Positions 34,317-43,719 of a DNA stretch of 64,000 bases are shown here, one piece after another. The position numbers and the translations under genes were made by a program. The DNA is from a virus. Taxonomy: Duplodnaviria; Heunggongvirae; Uroviricota; Caudoviricetes. Positions within the stretch are counted from its first letter, which is position 1. Each line of letters opens with the position of its first letter. The stretch is from positions 12,805 through 76,804 of the IMG/VR virus record IMGVR_UViG_2690316325_000010, one strand, 5' to 3'. The notes beneath the pieces were generated by a model. The model was given only the letters and a program-made list of their open reading frames with translations, was not told the DNA's origin and ran no database searches.

Positions 34317-34347
34317 TAAAACGTGATGTACACTCATCACGTTTTTT
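34317..34347 (+). terminator. rho-independent terminator between two C1 operators
   Basis: AAACGTGATG-tacact-CATCACGTTT perfect 10-bp stem followed by a T-run. Confidence 0.65.
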
Positions 34348-34358
34348 ATTAGAGCAAT
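34342..34358 (-). promoter_or_regulatory. C1 operator-like site (inverted)
   Basis: Reverse complement ATTGCTCTAATAAAAAA (15/17), about 15 nt upstream of the next ORF. Confidence 0.6.
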
Positions 34359-34372
34359 CTACAAGGTGCACT

Positions 34373-34591
34373 ATGTGGCCATTCCGACGGAAATATCACT
34401 ACTGGCTGATCGCCTTTGTTACGCCGACCGGCGGTATCAGGCATGTCATCACCAGGTATCGCAACAAGAGACTCACCTTAGCCAGAATTTTACAGGCTGC
34501 CATAGGTGAGGGACTGGATACAAATTGCGTAGTCCTTCCTCCTTCATACTTAGGAAAAATGACCGAAGCACAAGCTAATACGGAACTTTGA
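34373..34591 (+). CDS. small hypothetical protein
   Basis: 72-aa ORF directly after the operator and abutting the next gene. Confidence 0.35.
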   Translation: MWPFRRKYHYWLIAFVTPTGGIRHVITRYRNKRLTLARILQAAIGEGLDTNCVVLPPSYLGKMTEAQANTEL

Positions 34592-34592
34592 A

Positions 34593-35855
34593 ATGATCAC
34601 TTCAGCACAAAACCAATCAATCGAAAATGTATCTATCCCTGACGTCCTGAATGCCGGTATCCCGGCCATTATCCAGAACATCCGGGCCGCGCAACGCCGC
34701 GTTAGTTGTGATGACCTCACAGCGCGTTTTTTTGATAATGCGGTTCAGTCAGCGGAGATGCTTCACGCACAGCTTATTGATGTTTATAACGCAGAAGCTG
34801 ATAGCCATAACTCCCTGGTAGATGCAGCTGAAAATATGCAGTTGGATCTCGGTCTGAAGGGTAAAGAAATTGAAGAGCTTCAGCTACAAATTGAACATTT
34901 GAAACGCCAGCAACAGGACGCGATCGACAATGCGACGCATGACGCCAACCAGCGTGCTGATAATGCCGAACGTATAAGCATTGAGCTGGAAACAAAACTC
35001 AATGAAATGACCGCGATGGTTGAACTGCGGAACTCACAGATTTCAACGCTAAAATCTCAATATAAAGAGATCATGAAACTTGATCCTTTTAACCTTGAGA
35101 AACGCTATAACAAAGCTAAAAGCGAGCGACAGGAACTGCGTAAGCAGGTCGCCGACCTTAACCAACAGCTCAAAAAAACTATTAAAGATGCAAGCGAAGC
35201 GCGCGTGGCATTTGCTAATAAAAAAGCAGAGGTTACCGCGCTGGTTAATGAGAATGCCAAATTTGCGACGCTCAAGAAGGAAATGTATGGCATTACTGAG
35301 CGCCGTTTCCCTGCAAGCAAACTTCATCCGACGTTAGGGCAAATCTCCTTCTTCCCGCGCCTCCTGGCTTATGGGATCTCATCGCCTAAAGAGTTCAATA
35401 ACGAGCGTCCTTATATCGTTTCTAAGCTGGACTTTGCTTATCAGTTCTGCTGCGACATGGGCTATGCCATTGATATCCGAATCAACGAATGGTTGATGCC
35501 AAACTTCCAGCCGTTGGCAATTTTCCGCGAGTTCCAGCCGGAAGGTTGGGTAGAGTTCTTCCATGAATTGATCTGTAAAGAGATGGAAAGCCGCCGCCCG
35601 GAATTGGTCCGTCGAGTTGAGTGGGCGCAAGAGGTTATGTTGGCAGATGCAGAGCTGCCGTTCGAACCGGAATTCATTGATGATCTGGCAACTAAAGGGT
35701 TGCATACCCTGTTTGATGTGGTTACCCGCCGTCATGAGCAGTTGGTTGTCGAATTGGGTTTAGAGGAAACAGCGGCAAGAAGACTTCTCGATGTTTGCTA
35801 TGCACGTAGCGATGCATGGGAAAAAGAGAACGGCGGCACTATTTACGTCCGCTGA
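34593..35855 (+). CDS. coiled-coil protein of unknown function
   Basis: 420 aa; long heptad-rich N-terminal half. Confidence 0.5.
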   Translation: MITSAQNQSIENVSIPDVLNAGIPAIIQNIRAAQRRVSCDDLTARFFDNAVQSAEMLHAQLIDVYNAEADSHNSLVDAAENMQLDLGLKGKEIEELQLQIEHLKRQQQDAIDNATHDANQRADNAERISIELETKLNEMTAMVELRNSQISTLKSQYKEIMKLDPFNLEKRYNKAKSERQELRKQVADLNQQLKKTIKDASEARVAFANKKAEVTALVNENAKFATLKKEMYGITERRFPASKLHPTLGQISFFPRLLAYGISSPKEFNNERPYIVSKLDFAYQFCCDMGYAIDIRINEWLMPNFQPLAIFREFQPEGWVEFFHELICKEMESRRPELVRRVEWAQEVMLADAELPFEPEFIDDLATKGLHTLFDVVTRRHEQLVVELGLEETAARRLLDVCYARSDAWEKENGGTIYVR

Positions 35856-35927
35856 TAGTTACAGCGTCACTTTTAATGCTGGTGGAGTGCGCCCACCAGC
35901 ATTTTTTTCGTCCAATGAGGAGGGCAT

Positions 35928-36434
35928 TTGAGTATTTTCAATAAACACGCACACCAGGAACGTCCGTATATCGTCATAGTCGATATTGATGGAACAATAT
36001 CAGAGGCAACTGAAGACAGACTGCATTTGCTTCCGCCACCAGGTAAAGGTGCATTAACAAAGGACTGGAACGAGTTTAATCTCGCCTGTGACACCGATAC
36101 TCCCATCACTCCGGTTATTGATATGGTGCGCCAGTTATTTAACGTTTACACGGTCTGGTTTGTAACCGGGCGCTGTGAGATCGCAAGGGATAAAACACGA
36201 GCCTGGCTGCGGAAGTACGTAACAAACGGGGCTGAGCCTTTGCTATCTATGCGTCCTGCCACCGATGACAGAAATGACGGTCCAGCAAAGATTGATCTCC
36301 TGAAGAAAATTGGTCTAAGTAAAATTGCGTTCGCGCTGGAAGATAAGATTGAAGTGGCGCGTGTTTTCAGGAGTCACGGCGTACTTACGTTAATGGTCAG
36401 GGAGTATGAAAACGCGCTTCTCCACCAACAATAA
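35928..36434 (+). CDS. HAD-superfamily phosphatase (polynucleotide 3'-phosphatase-like)
   Basis: HAD motif I DIDGT near the N-terminus (IVIVDIDGTISE) and FVTGR motif; 168 aa. Confidence 0.6.
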   Translation: MSIFNKHAHQERPYIVIVDIDGTISEATEDRLHLLPPPGKGALTKDWNEFNLACDTDTPITPVIDMVRQLFNVYTVWFVTGRCEIARDKTRAWLRKYVTNGAEPLLSMRPATDDRNDGPAKIDLLKKIGLSKIAFALEDKIEVARVFRSHGVLTLMVREYENALLHQQ

Positions 36435-36450
36435 TTGCTCTAATAAATAT
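36434..36450 (+). promoter_or_regulatory. C1 operator-like site
   Basis: ATTGCTCTAATAAATAT (16/17) overlapping the stop codon of the HAD phosphatase gene. Confidence 0.7.
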
Positions 36451-36628
36451 TGATTTTTAAAACAGAGAAAGTGAAAATAAAAACATGCCGCAAGGCGCGG
36501 CATGTATCCAATCAATCACAGGAGCTGAAAATATGAACACGGCATTCAAAATCATTATGGCCGCGATCTATTTCTGGCTGTTCTCTATCACTTTTGGCGG
36601 CATCGTCGCGCATGGGTAAGGGGGATGC

Positions 36629-37357
36629 ATGAAAGGCGAAGTGAAAGAGCGCGGCATGATTTTCAACGATGAGATGGTCCGAGCCATCCTCGAAGGAAGG
36701 AAAACGCAGACGCGGCGGATAATGAAAAATCAGCCTGCGGAAGTTGGTCCAGAAGCACCAGTGATGGTTAGGGAAATTGGTGCAGGTTTTCAGTGGTACG
36801 GGGCTGATGGTGTAAGCAGTGTTTTCAATTGCCCCTTTGGTATCGTCGGCGATCGAATTTGGGTTCGTGAAACATGGGCGATATTAGGCAATGAAGATGG
36901 TTGCAGTGTGGACTGGAACGACAACCTTTGTCGTGGCGATGAGAAGAACGCAGCAAGGATTTATCGGGCCAGTTGTGAGCAAAAGCCTGGTGATTACGGT
37001 TTATGGTCGATACCCGATGATGCCGACTGGAAACCTCACACTGTGAATGAAAAGTTTGATGGTGGGTGGCGTCCATCAATTCACATGCCGCGATGGGCAT
37101 CACGCATCCTGTTGGAAATTACCAACGTGCGCGTTGAGCGGTTGAACGATATCAGCGAATGCGATGCAAGGGATGAGGGCGTTCCGCCTGCTGGAAGTTT
37201 GCTTCCTGATCACCCGGGAACATTCCTTACTCCCAAGGGGGATTTCGCAATGGCCAAGGTTGCGTTCCAGCGTCTGTGGGAATCCATCTATGGTGAAGAA
37301 AGCTGGAACGCTAATCCCTGGGTGTGGGTAATCGAGTTTAAGCGCATTCAGGAATAA
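36629..37357 (+). CDS. ASCH/PUA-like domain protein
   Basis: N-terminal MIFNDEMVRAILEGRKTQTRR resembles ASCH-domain openings; 242 aa. Confidence 0.45.
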   Translation: MKGEVKERGMIFNDEMVRAILEGRKTQTRRIMKNQPAEVGPEAPVMVREIGAGFQWYGADGVSSVFNCPFGIVGDRIWVRETWAILGNEDGCSVDWNDNLCRGDEKNAARIYRASCEQKPGDYGLWSIPDDADWKPHTVNEKFDGGWRPSIHMPRWASRILLEITNVRVERLNDISECDARDEGVPPAGSLLPDHPGTFLTPKGDFAMAKVAFQRLWESIYGEESWNANPWVWVIEFKRIQE

Positions 37358-37440
37358 ACCGTGAGTATGCATCAAATCGTCAGTTTTTCAGGTGGACGAG
37401 CATCGGCCTGTCTCGTTCATCTGTTCGAATAGGTAGTGGC

Positions 37441-37644
37441 ATGACAATCGTAAAAACCCATACCGGCACCGTGATCACCAAAGACGGTCCGCAGGTAAAA
37501 AAACTGCACCAAACAGAGCGGATGTGGGTCGTCGGCAAAAACGAGTTTTACCACAAAGAAACTGGACGCCGCCATTTTGCAGAAAATACGCGCCGCCGAC
37601 TGCTGTTAGACACCATCAAGCCTATCGAGGTGAAGCATGTTTAA
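37441..37644 (+). CDS. small hypothetical protein
   Basis: 67-aa ORF, translationally coupled to the next gene. Confidence 0.35.
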   Translation: MTIVKTHTGTVITKDGPQVKKLHQTERMWVVGKNEFYHKETGRRHFAENTRRRLLLDTIKPIEVKHV

Positions 37645-37876
37645 ACAGAACGAAAAGGCTATCGCTCAAATTGCTGATTATATCCCGCGTGCGTGCCGGG
37701 GTATGCAGTTGCAGGAAGCCAAAGCGCGCCTGGAGAAAAAAATTGCGCTCTATATTGATGACGGCTGTGATGCTGCTGTTCTTAACGCAGCGTTCGCGCC
37801 AGCTCTTAACAGTCATACGCGGGAGTCTTTTTTTTCGCGCATCGCAGCGCAGATCCGTAAAGGAGGCAACCAGTGA
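37637..37876 (+). CDS. small hypothetical protein
   Basis: 79-aa ORF whose end overlaps the next start (ATGA-type coupling). Confidence 0.4.
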   Translation: MFKQNEKAIAQIADYIPRACRGMQLQEAKARLEKKIALYIDDGCDAAVLNAAFAPALNSHTRESFFSRIAAQIRKGGNQ

Positions 37877-38598
37877 GCGAAATTAACTATAAAGAACTGC
37901 GCGAGGCGGCGAAACAGGCAACGCAAGATGAATGGGTAGCATATATTTTGCCGGGTCATAACGGCATTTATCCTGCGCGCACGTCTGAGGGTAGGCATTG
38001 CGGATACTTTATTGACTGGCCTAGCGTCTGTCAGGGGCGGGAGAGCATCAACATGAGCATCAGAACCTACGCAGTGAATTGCAATGACGCATGGCTAAAC
38101 ACCGAAGGTGATGACATCTCCGGCTCATACGTTAAGTACAAAGACCATCAGGAAGTGGTTGCCGCTCTTGAGGCCAAGTGCGCGGCGCTGGCGGCGGAGA
38201 ATGAGCTGGCTCGTAAGGCAGTTCAGGCATTCTGCGATGTTGTTGGCGACAACACCGAGGTTATCGCTGAGGAGGTTGGGCGAGATGGCGTTCTGGTTAT
38301 TTTGGGGGCCATGAAGGCAACAGGAAATATTTCAGCCACCGATGCTTTTCTGGCTGAAATTCGTGCGGAAGCACGCAACGAGGGGATTAACTATACCGCC
38401 AGCCGTCTTGCTGCTGCGTTCAATCACGGATTTATCAATAAATCTTTGCGTGAAGTTTTCGACGTTACACGCATGATTTTGTCAGCGAAAGAAGAGTTGG
38501 CTAATGAACCGCATCCGATTGATGGCCTGTCCGGTGAATATGCGGAGAAATCCCTTGAAGAATGGGCGGAACAGATTCGCAAAGGAGGCAAGCAGTGA
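37873..38598 (+). CDS. Ea22/Ead-like protein, paralogue 1
   Basis: N-terminal INYKELREAAKQATQDEW shared with the ORFs at 38896 and 39729. Confidence 0.5.
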   Translation: MSEINYKELREAAKQATQDEWVAYILPGHNGIYPARTSEGRHCGYFIDWPSVCQGRESINMSIRTYAVNCNDAWLNTEGDDISGSYVKYKDHQEVVAALEAKCAALAAENELARKAVQAFCDVVGDNTEVIAEEVGRDGVLVILGAMKATGNISATDAFLAEIRAEARNEGINYTASRLAAAFNHGFINKSLREVFDVTRMILSAKEELANEPHPIDGLSGEYAEKSLEEWAEQIRKGGKQ

Positions 38599-38894
38599 GT
38601 GTATATCTTATTGATAAACGTCGACGTGGGCAACAAATACCACCTGTAGGAATTCCGAATCACACATGGTTTTGCGTACTTGATATCGATGGTATGGATG
38701 CGTTGGTTGACACTCGTCATTACTGCGATACCGCAACAGCTACTCCGGCGAAAGCAAAGAAAATGGCTGCTCTGATAGAAAACTGGACTCCACCTGATGG
38801 TTGGTGCAATGGGAATGATCGAGATTGGCATGAAAAAATGAAGGGCTATATCTGCGATTTCTTACGTAAATGCAACGGATTCAGGGTGATGTGA
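38562..38894 (+). CDS. hypothetical protein
   Basis: 110-aa ORF; start position uncertain. Confidence 0.35.
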   Translation: MGGTDSQRRQAVSVYLIDKRRRGQQIPPVGIPNHTWFCVLDIDGMDALVDTRHYCDTATATPAKAKKMAALIENWTPPDGWCNGNDRDWHEKMKGYICDFLRKCNGFRVM

Positions 38895-38895
38895 C

Positions 38896-39453
38896 ATGAA
38901 CAAGATTGACTATCAGGCACTGCGTGAGGCGGCAGAGAAGGCAACGTGGGGAGACTGGGACTCATATAAACCACACCGTGGCGCACGTGGTTATGAGGTC
39001 CGACTAAGTAGTCAGGCCATTGCGCAACACGTTCTGAAAAACAACGCTGAATTTATTGCTGCCTTTAATCCAAAGATTGCTTTGGCACTACTGGATGAAC
39101 GGGAAAGGAACCAGCAATACATCAAATCCCGCGACCAGGAGAACGAGGATATTGCACTAACGGTAGGGAAGTTGCGCGTTGAGCTGGAAGCAGCAAAATC
39201 AAAACTCAACGAGCAGCGTGAGTATTACGAAGGTGTTATCTCTGATGGGAGTAAGCGCATAGCAGAGTTAGAAAGTGGTTCTCAGGCACAAAAGTTAGTT
39301 GAAGCAATCATTGTTGCGATAGAAAACGAACAGGAACGTCTTTTTGATGAAGATTACCTAATGGATTCGAAAGAATGCATTGACGTAATTCGTGAAGAAG
39401 TAAAGCGATGGGATGATTCCCGCGCCGCTGGCATTGGCATCAAAGGAGAGTGA
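38896..39453 (+). CDS. Ea22/Ead-like protein, paralogue 2
   Basis: N-terminal IDYQALREAAEKATWGDW repeats the motif of the 37873 ORF. Confidence 0.5.
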   Translation: MNKIDYQALREAAEKATWGDWDSYKPHRGARGYEVRLSSQAIAQHVLKNNAEFIAAFNPKIALALLDERERNQQYIKSRDQENEDIALTVGKLRVELEAAKSKLNEQREYYEGVISDGSKRIAELESGSQAQKLVEAIIVAIENEQERLFDEDYLMDSKECIDVIREEVKRWDDSRAAGIGIKGE

Positions 39454-39454
39454 T

Positions 39455-39718
39455 ATGGCAACTTTGACAAAAAAAGAACAAGCATGGTTGAGCGAATTAC
39501 AGGACGTTCTTGATCGCTGCCCATCACCGAAAAAAATTGGTTTTTACACCATTGGCGATAAAAGCATTTACCTGTATGACCTGCGCCGCATGGATGAAAT
39601 CATGGAGGCTCTTGATAATCGTTCGTCAATGGATTGGTGTGTTGCTGTTCATGATATGAATGCCGGATTTGATGAAAAGATTTTATTCCCCTCATCAGTT
39701 GAAAGTACAGCAGGATAA
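39455..39718 (+). CDS. hypothetical protein (ORF track 39413..39718, trimmed)
   Basis: Internal ATG at 39455 follows the stop of the preceding gene. Confidence 0.4.
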   Translation: MATLTKKEQAWLSELQDVLDRCPSPKKIGFYTIGDKSIYLYDLRRMDEIMEALDNRSSMDWCVAVHDMNAGFDEKILFPSSVESTAG

Positions 39719-39728
39719 GGACTAACAC

Positions 39729-40616
39729 ATGACCACTATTACCAAAGAGCGACTGCTGACAATCAGGCAGTGGCGCGAAACATACGGACCTGGTAGCAAC
39801 GTTGTACTGCCAGCAGAAGAAGCGGAAGAACTGGCACGAATTGCTCTGGCATCGCTGGAGCAGAATGTACTATCGGGCAACTCTCCGCTTATTCCTGGTG
39901 AAGTGTTGTCCGCAATCCGGGAGGTTGCCAGGATTCGTGCCGATTTCGATGATTTTGACGGTGACAGGCGAGGTATCGGTGATTGTCTGGATGAGGCCGA
40001 GCAAGAGCTTATCGTTACCATTAACAAATATGCCAGTCAGTTGGCAGCAGAACCGATAGCGACTAATGACGTTCGAGAGCAAACAGCCGTTCCGCCAATA
40101 CAGGCTGATGTCGCGCAAGCAATTGAAAATCTCAAGCAGAAGTTAGTGGAATGCAATCGCTATAACTACTGCGCAGATGCAGTGAAGAACGTAGAGGATG
40201 CCTGCCGTGCTGTTAGCTATAGCCAAGCCGACAATCAGCCAGCATCTGGCAACCAGGCTGCCGAATCCAATCGCGGTAATGAGTGGACTGGCAATCCTGA
40301 TATTGATAACGCCATCATCATGCTCGACCGCATAGATACGCTGGAAAATTGCGATGATGACCGTATTGAGGCTGTTAAGGCTGTTTTGCGTAGACTGGCT
40401 GGCAACTCTCCGGTAACTCCGGATAGTTGGATAAGCTGTAGTGAGCGAATGCCCGCTCAAGATGATTGGATTTTAATTTATTCAAAGCACGGCGAGTATA
40501 TGGCAGGCCAGGTGCAAGGGGAATACGTGGAGTTGAGCGACGGCACTTTATCGTGGTTAGGGAACGCCTTGTTCTGGATGCCGCTACCAGAACCGCCGCA
40601 GGAGGTGAATCAATGA
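39729..40616 (+). CDS. Ea22/Ead-like protein, paralogue 3
   Basis: N-terminal ITKERLLTIRQWRETYGPGSN is related to the same motif; 295 aa. Confidence 0.45.
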   Translation: MTTITKERLLTIRQWRETYGPGSNVVLPAEEAEELARIALASLEQNVLSGNSPLIPGEVLSAIREVARIRADFDDFDGDRRGIGDCLDEAEQELIVTINKYASQLAAEPIATNDVREQTAVPPIQADVAQAIENLKQKLVECNRYNYCADAVKNVEDACRAVSYSQADNQPASGNQAAESNRGNEWTGNPDIDNAIIMLDRIDTLENCDDDRIEAVKAVLRRLAGNSPVTPDSWISCSERMPAQDDWILIYSKHGEYMAGQVQGEYVELSDGTLSWLGNALFWMPLPEPPQEVNQ

Positions 40617-40698
40617 GCTGGCCTGAAGCATTCACCACGGTAGGAATTGTGATGGCGGCAGCACTGGGTTTGTATTCAATTTGTCGCTGGTGGTAACG

Positions 40699-40932
40699 AT
40701 GGGAAAAATAACTTTTGTAGTCGAATTTGAGGATGGCAAAGAGCCACCTGTTAGCGCCAATCTTGATGTTGCTGGTGGCAGGCTTGTTTCGGTTCTATTT
40801 GGTGACTACCGAGATGACTTCTTCCAACCAGAAGAAGTTGATGTAGTGCGAGAGGCATTAAACGAGTTAAGTGTTGATAACGATGATGCTCATGCGGAAA
40901 TCATCCAAAAAATGGAACTGCTAACTCACTAA
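40699..40932 (+). CDS. small acidic protein
   Basis: ORF track 40681..40932; internal ATG 40699 chosen. Confidence 0.4.
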   Translation: MGKITFVVEFEDGKEPPVSANLDVAGGRLVSVLFGDYRDDFFQPEEVDVVREALNELSVDNDDAHAEIIQKMELLTH

Positions 40933-40980
40933 ATTATCAATTATGGTGCTATCACCTACGACACCGAGAGAAAATTTATA

Positions 40981-41103
40981 ATGTCAAAAGTAAATGTTTT
41001 GATTTTTTCAGCAATTGTTGGCTTTGGTTTTACTGCCGGAGTGCAGATTTATATTACGTGGGAAAAAATCATCAACTACGCATGGAGTTGTTTTATTAAG
41101 TGA
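40981..41103 (+). CDS. 40-aa hydrophobic membrane peptide (not in the 60-aa ORF track)
   Basis: Hand translation MSKVNVLIFSAIVGFGFTAGVQIYITWEKIINYAWSCFIK; single TM helix; first gene of an AT-rich islet. Confidence 0.35.
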   Translation: MSKVNVLIFSAIVGFGFTAGVQIYITWEKIINYAWSCFIK

Positions 41104-41110
41104 GGTAAGT

Positions 41111-41404
41111 ATGTGGAGAGGTAATAGTCATGGCAAAAGCCAGATGATACTTACCGAATATCAGTTTGACCATAAAACCAATAAATCACGTTCAGTATAT
41201 TTGCTTCGGCACAATAGCCGCGTAAGGAATACCGTGCTGGAGCAAAATCTGACTGTTGAAATAGATAATTACGGGGGCTTCAAGCCAACAATTTCGCTTG
41301 ATGATTTTCCTCGTGGTTTAAGCGAAAGAGAAGCAATGCTGAAATTAGCAGAATGGCTACAAAGATTAAGCATTGCTATTGAAGATAACTGGTCTGAACC
41401 TTAA
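41111..41404 (+). CDS. hypothetical protein in AT-rich islet
   Basis: ORF track 41015..41404 trimmed to the ATG behind GAGGTAAG; 97 aa. Confidence 0.45.
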   Translation: MWRGNSHGKSQMILTEYQFDHKTNKSRSVYLLRHNSRVRNTVLEQNLTVEIDNYGGFKPTISLDDFPRGLSEREAMLKLAEWLQRLSIAIEDNWSEP

Positions 41405-41410
41405 ATTTAT

Positions 41411-41785
41411 ATGATGACACTAAAACATTTTCTTGACCGCCCATTATGGGCGGCAGCCGCAGGCTATGACTTTAATTATATGGATTGCATGTCTTATACC
41501 GCCAATGCATACGACTATTCCTTCAGTCTGCTGCTTAATTCTTTAAGAATATTGCCGCAAACAGAAGTTGGAGAGCTTCATTTATGGCTATTGGGCTTTA
41601 TCGCGGCTGGAGTTGGTATTGCTGTATGGCCTTTTATTTTCTGGCTGGTGGCTGTTGTAGTGTGGTTTAAGTGCAAGACGTACCGGAGAAAGTATTTCTT
41701 AGGTGATGGAATGACTGATATTGCCAAAATGAACATTGAAAAATGGACTAAGGAATGTGAAAAGAAATGGCGCAAAAAGAAATGA
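41411..41785 (+). CDS. membrane protein in AT-rich islet
   Basis: 124 aa; TM helices LWLLGFIAAGVGIAVWPFIFWLVAVVVWF; basic C-terminus. Confidence 0.45.
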   Translation: MMTLKHFLDRPLWAAAAGYDFNYMDCMSYTANAYDYSFSLLLNSLRILPQTEVGELHLWLLGFIAAGVGIAVWPFIFWLVAVVVWFKCKTYRRKYFLGDGMTDIAKMNIEKWTKECEKKWRKKK

Positions 41786-42699
41786 CCAGAATCACTGAAG
41801 AGCGTATATCAGAGATTATTTCCCGTATCGAAATGTATGGTCACGGTGCTGGATATACGGCAGATGAAGTATTGGCACTTGCCCAAATGGCTTTGGCGGC
41901 TTGCAAAGATGATAAAAAAATGAAGTTTATCGACTTGTTAGTGAAGGAACTGCCTAAGTGCGGCGGGTGGCCTGATGGAATGAGTTATTGTTACCTACCC
42001 AGTGTCAATTTAATGGCACCATGCGCGACTTTTGCTTTTGGCTCAGACCACAAAAAAGACACTTTCTTTGGGCGCAATTTTTGTTGTGAGATTGAGCTTC
42101 CAATTGGTGACCTTGATAGCGATGAATACCAGTCAGTTGTCACTCGCGAACAATACGAATCAGCTCTCATAGCGTCGCAGAAAGTCGAGTTCAATGGTGA
42201 TGAACTTGAAAGTAAGACTTACAGGTTGGATTTTGGGCAATGGCTGGAACAGCAACGCGGGAAAATCGATGTGGACTGTGGTTGTGTGTCCACTGAAACA
42301 TTCATGCACTGGCTGCGGGTAGCTTACGAGGCTGGCAACTATCCGGATATTCCGGATAGTTCGGTGCCAGCACCAGGAAAGGGCGTCACCGGTGAACGTA
42401 TCCGAATTAAGCCGCATGTTTATCGCGAACTGGTTAACCGTCTCCACGATACAGCGATCAAGTGTGCTGGCACCCAGCAATTACGAGAAAGAATTAGCCG
42501 TGTTTTGGGCGACGTTATTACACCAGATCATCATAAACAAGCCGAGAAAAGTGGCCTGGAAAGGTGTCACCTTGAGGCGGCATTAAACATTAAGCCGGGG
42601 CATACGCTTGGCATTATTGATGCACTATTGGTTCATAAGATGGCCAGGGCTTTATTGCCGCTGGTGGATGCTGGCGATACAAGCGAGGGTGAAGTATGA
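41767..42699 (+). CDS. hypothetical protein
   Basis: 310-aa ORF. Confidence 0.5.
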   Translation: MAQKEMTRITEERISEIISRIEMYGHGAGYTADEVLALAQMALAACKDDKKMKFIDLLVKELPKCGGWPDGMSYCYLPSVNLMAPCATFAFGSDHKKDTFFGRNFCCEIELPIGDLDSDEYQSVVTREQYESALIASQKVEFNGDELESKTYRLDFGQWLEQQRGKIDVDCGCVSTETFMHWLRVAYEAGNYPDIPDSSVPAPGKGVTGERIRIKPHVYRELVNRLHDTAIKCAGTQQLRERISRVLGDVITPDHHKQAEKSGLERCHLEAALNIKPGHTLGIIDALLVHKMARALLPLVDAGDTSEGEV

Positions 42700-43058
42700 G
42701 AGTTGCAGATCACATCAAACACCTTGAAAGAATTATCGAAAACGGTGAACTCTTAAGAGATCAGATGAGACGCACGGCAGAAGTCAGAGAGGCGATAATC
42801 CGCAGTCAGGCTGGTAAATTAAAGCAATTATCAGAGATTAACGCGCTATACAAGAACAGACGTAACCGGGCGGCGCTGCGGCTTCAGAAAGCACGTAATG
42901 AAATTAAATTGGTGGAGGCAAAACTGAAAAAACAGATTCAGCGTTACGATCAGCAAGATGCTTTTTATGCCGCCATCAAGGCGGCTGCTAATGAAATAGG
43001 CATCTGGAAGTTGCTGGTGGAGAAAGCAAAGACGAAGTTAAATGCCAACGAAAGCTGA
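42696..43058 (+). CDS. coiled-coil protein
   Basis: 120 aa, highly charged helical sequence. Confidence 0.45.
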   Translation: MRVADHIKHLERIIENGELLRDQMRRTAEVREAIIRSQAGKLKQLSEINALYKNRRNRAALRLQKARNEIKLVEAKLKKQIQRYDQQDAFYAAIKAAANEIGIWKLLVEKAKTKLNANES

Positions 43059-43132
43059 ACTACAGGTACCCACCAGCACATACAGAAAATGATTGTTTCC
43101 ACATCAAGGAGATTTTAATGTTTCACTGAACA

Positions 43133-43270
43133 TTAAGTAAGCCAGTGCATAATTCCATTTTTTACTGACCTTAAAAGCAAAATCAAAACGATGATGAGGA
43201 TGATCGCCAGAATCTGGCTAATAACAGGCGCATCTAAAAATGCACTCAGGAACTGAAAAAAAGCAGTCAT
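43133..43270 (-). CDS. 45-aa hydrophobic peptide (candidate small membrane toxin-like ORF, not in track)
   Basis: Hand translation MTAFFQFLSAFLDAPVISQILAIILIIVLILLLRSVKNGIMHWLT; AAGGAACC RBS upstream; its 3' end overlaps a perfect palindrome TTAATGTT-cactg-AACATTAA. Confidence 0.3.
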   Translation of the reverse strand: MTAFFQFLSAFLDAPVISQILAIILIIVLILLLRSVKNGIMHWLT

Positions 43271-43719
43271 TAAGGTGGTTCCTTGTCAAATGTAAAGGAG
43301 CACTTGCTCACGTTGACGTAGAAACCCAACCCCTATATAGTTGGATTCGGTGAAAGAAAGTCGTTAACGTGAGCTTACGGCACATGTTTTCGGAACAACA
43401 TCAGGGAACGGCTAATTCCTTGATGCGGATGGGGTCTGTAATGCAGACCCTATCTATTAACGTCATGATTGCATCTCAAATTTTCTCCTTATCTTCATTA
43501 ATCAAAATTCATTTCATTTGTGAAACATCACAATATTTAGAAAATGGCCCTCTTGCAAGTGCATAACTTTGTGGATAAATCAGGAAGAAAAAAGTTGATT
43601 CTGCGCACGGCAAGGCAGATAAGCTGTGCACAAAAATCAATGGGAAAAGAAAAAAAATTAAAAGTTACTTTGCTGGTTAAATAATAGTCGTTACGCAATT
43701 GTTCTGGATGGGATTTGAT

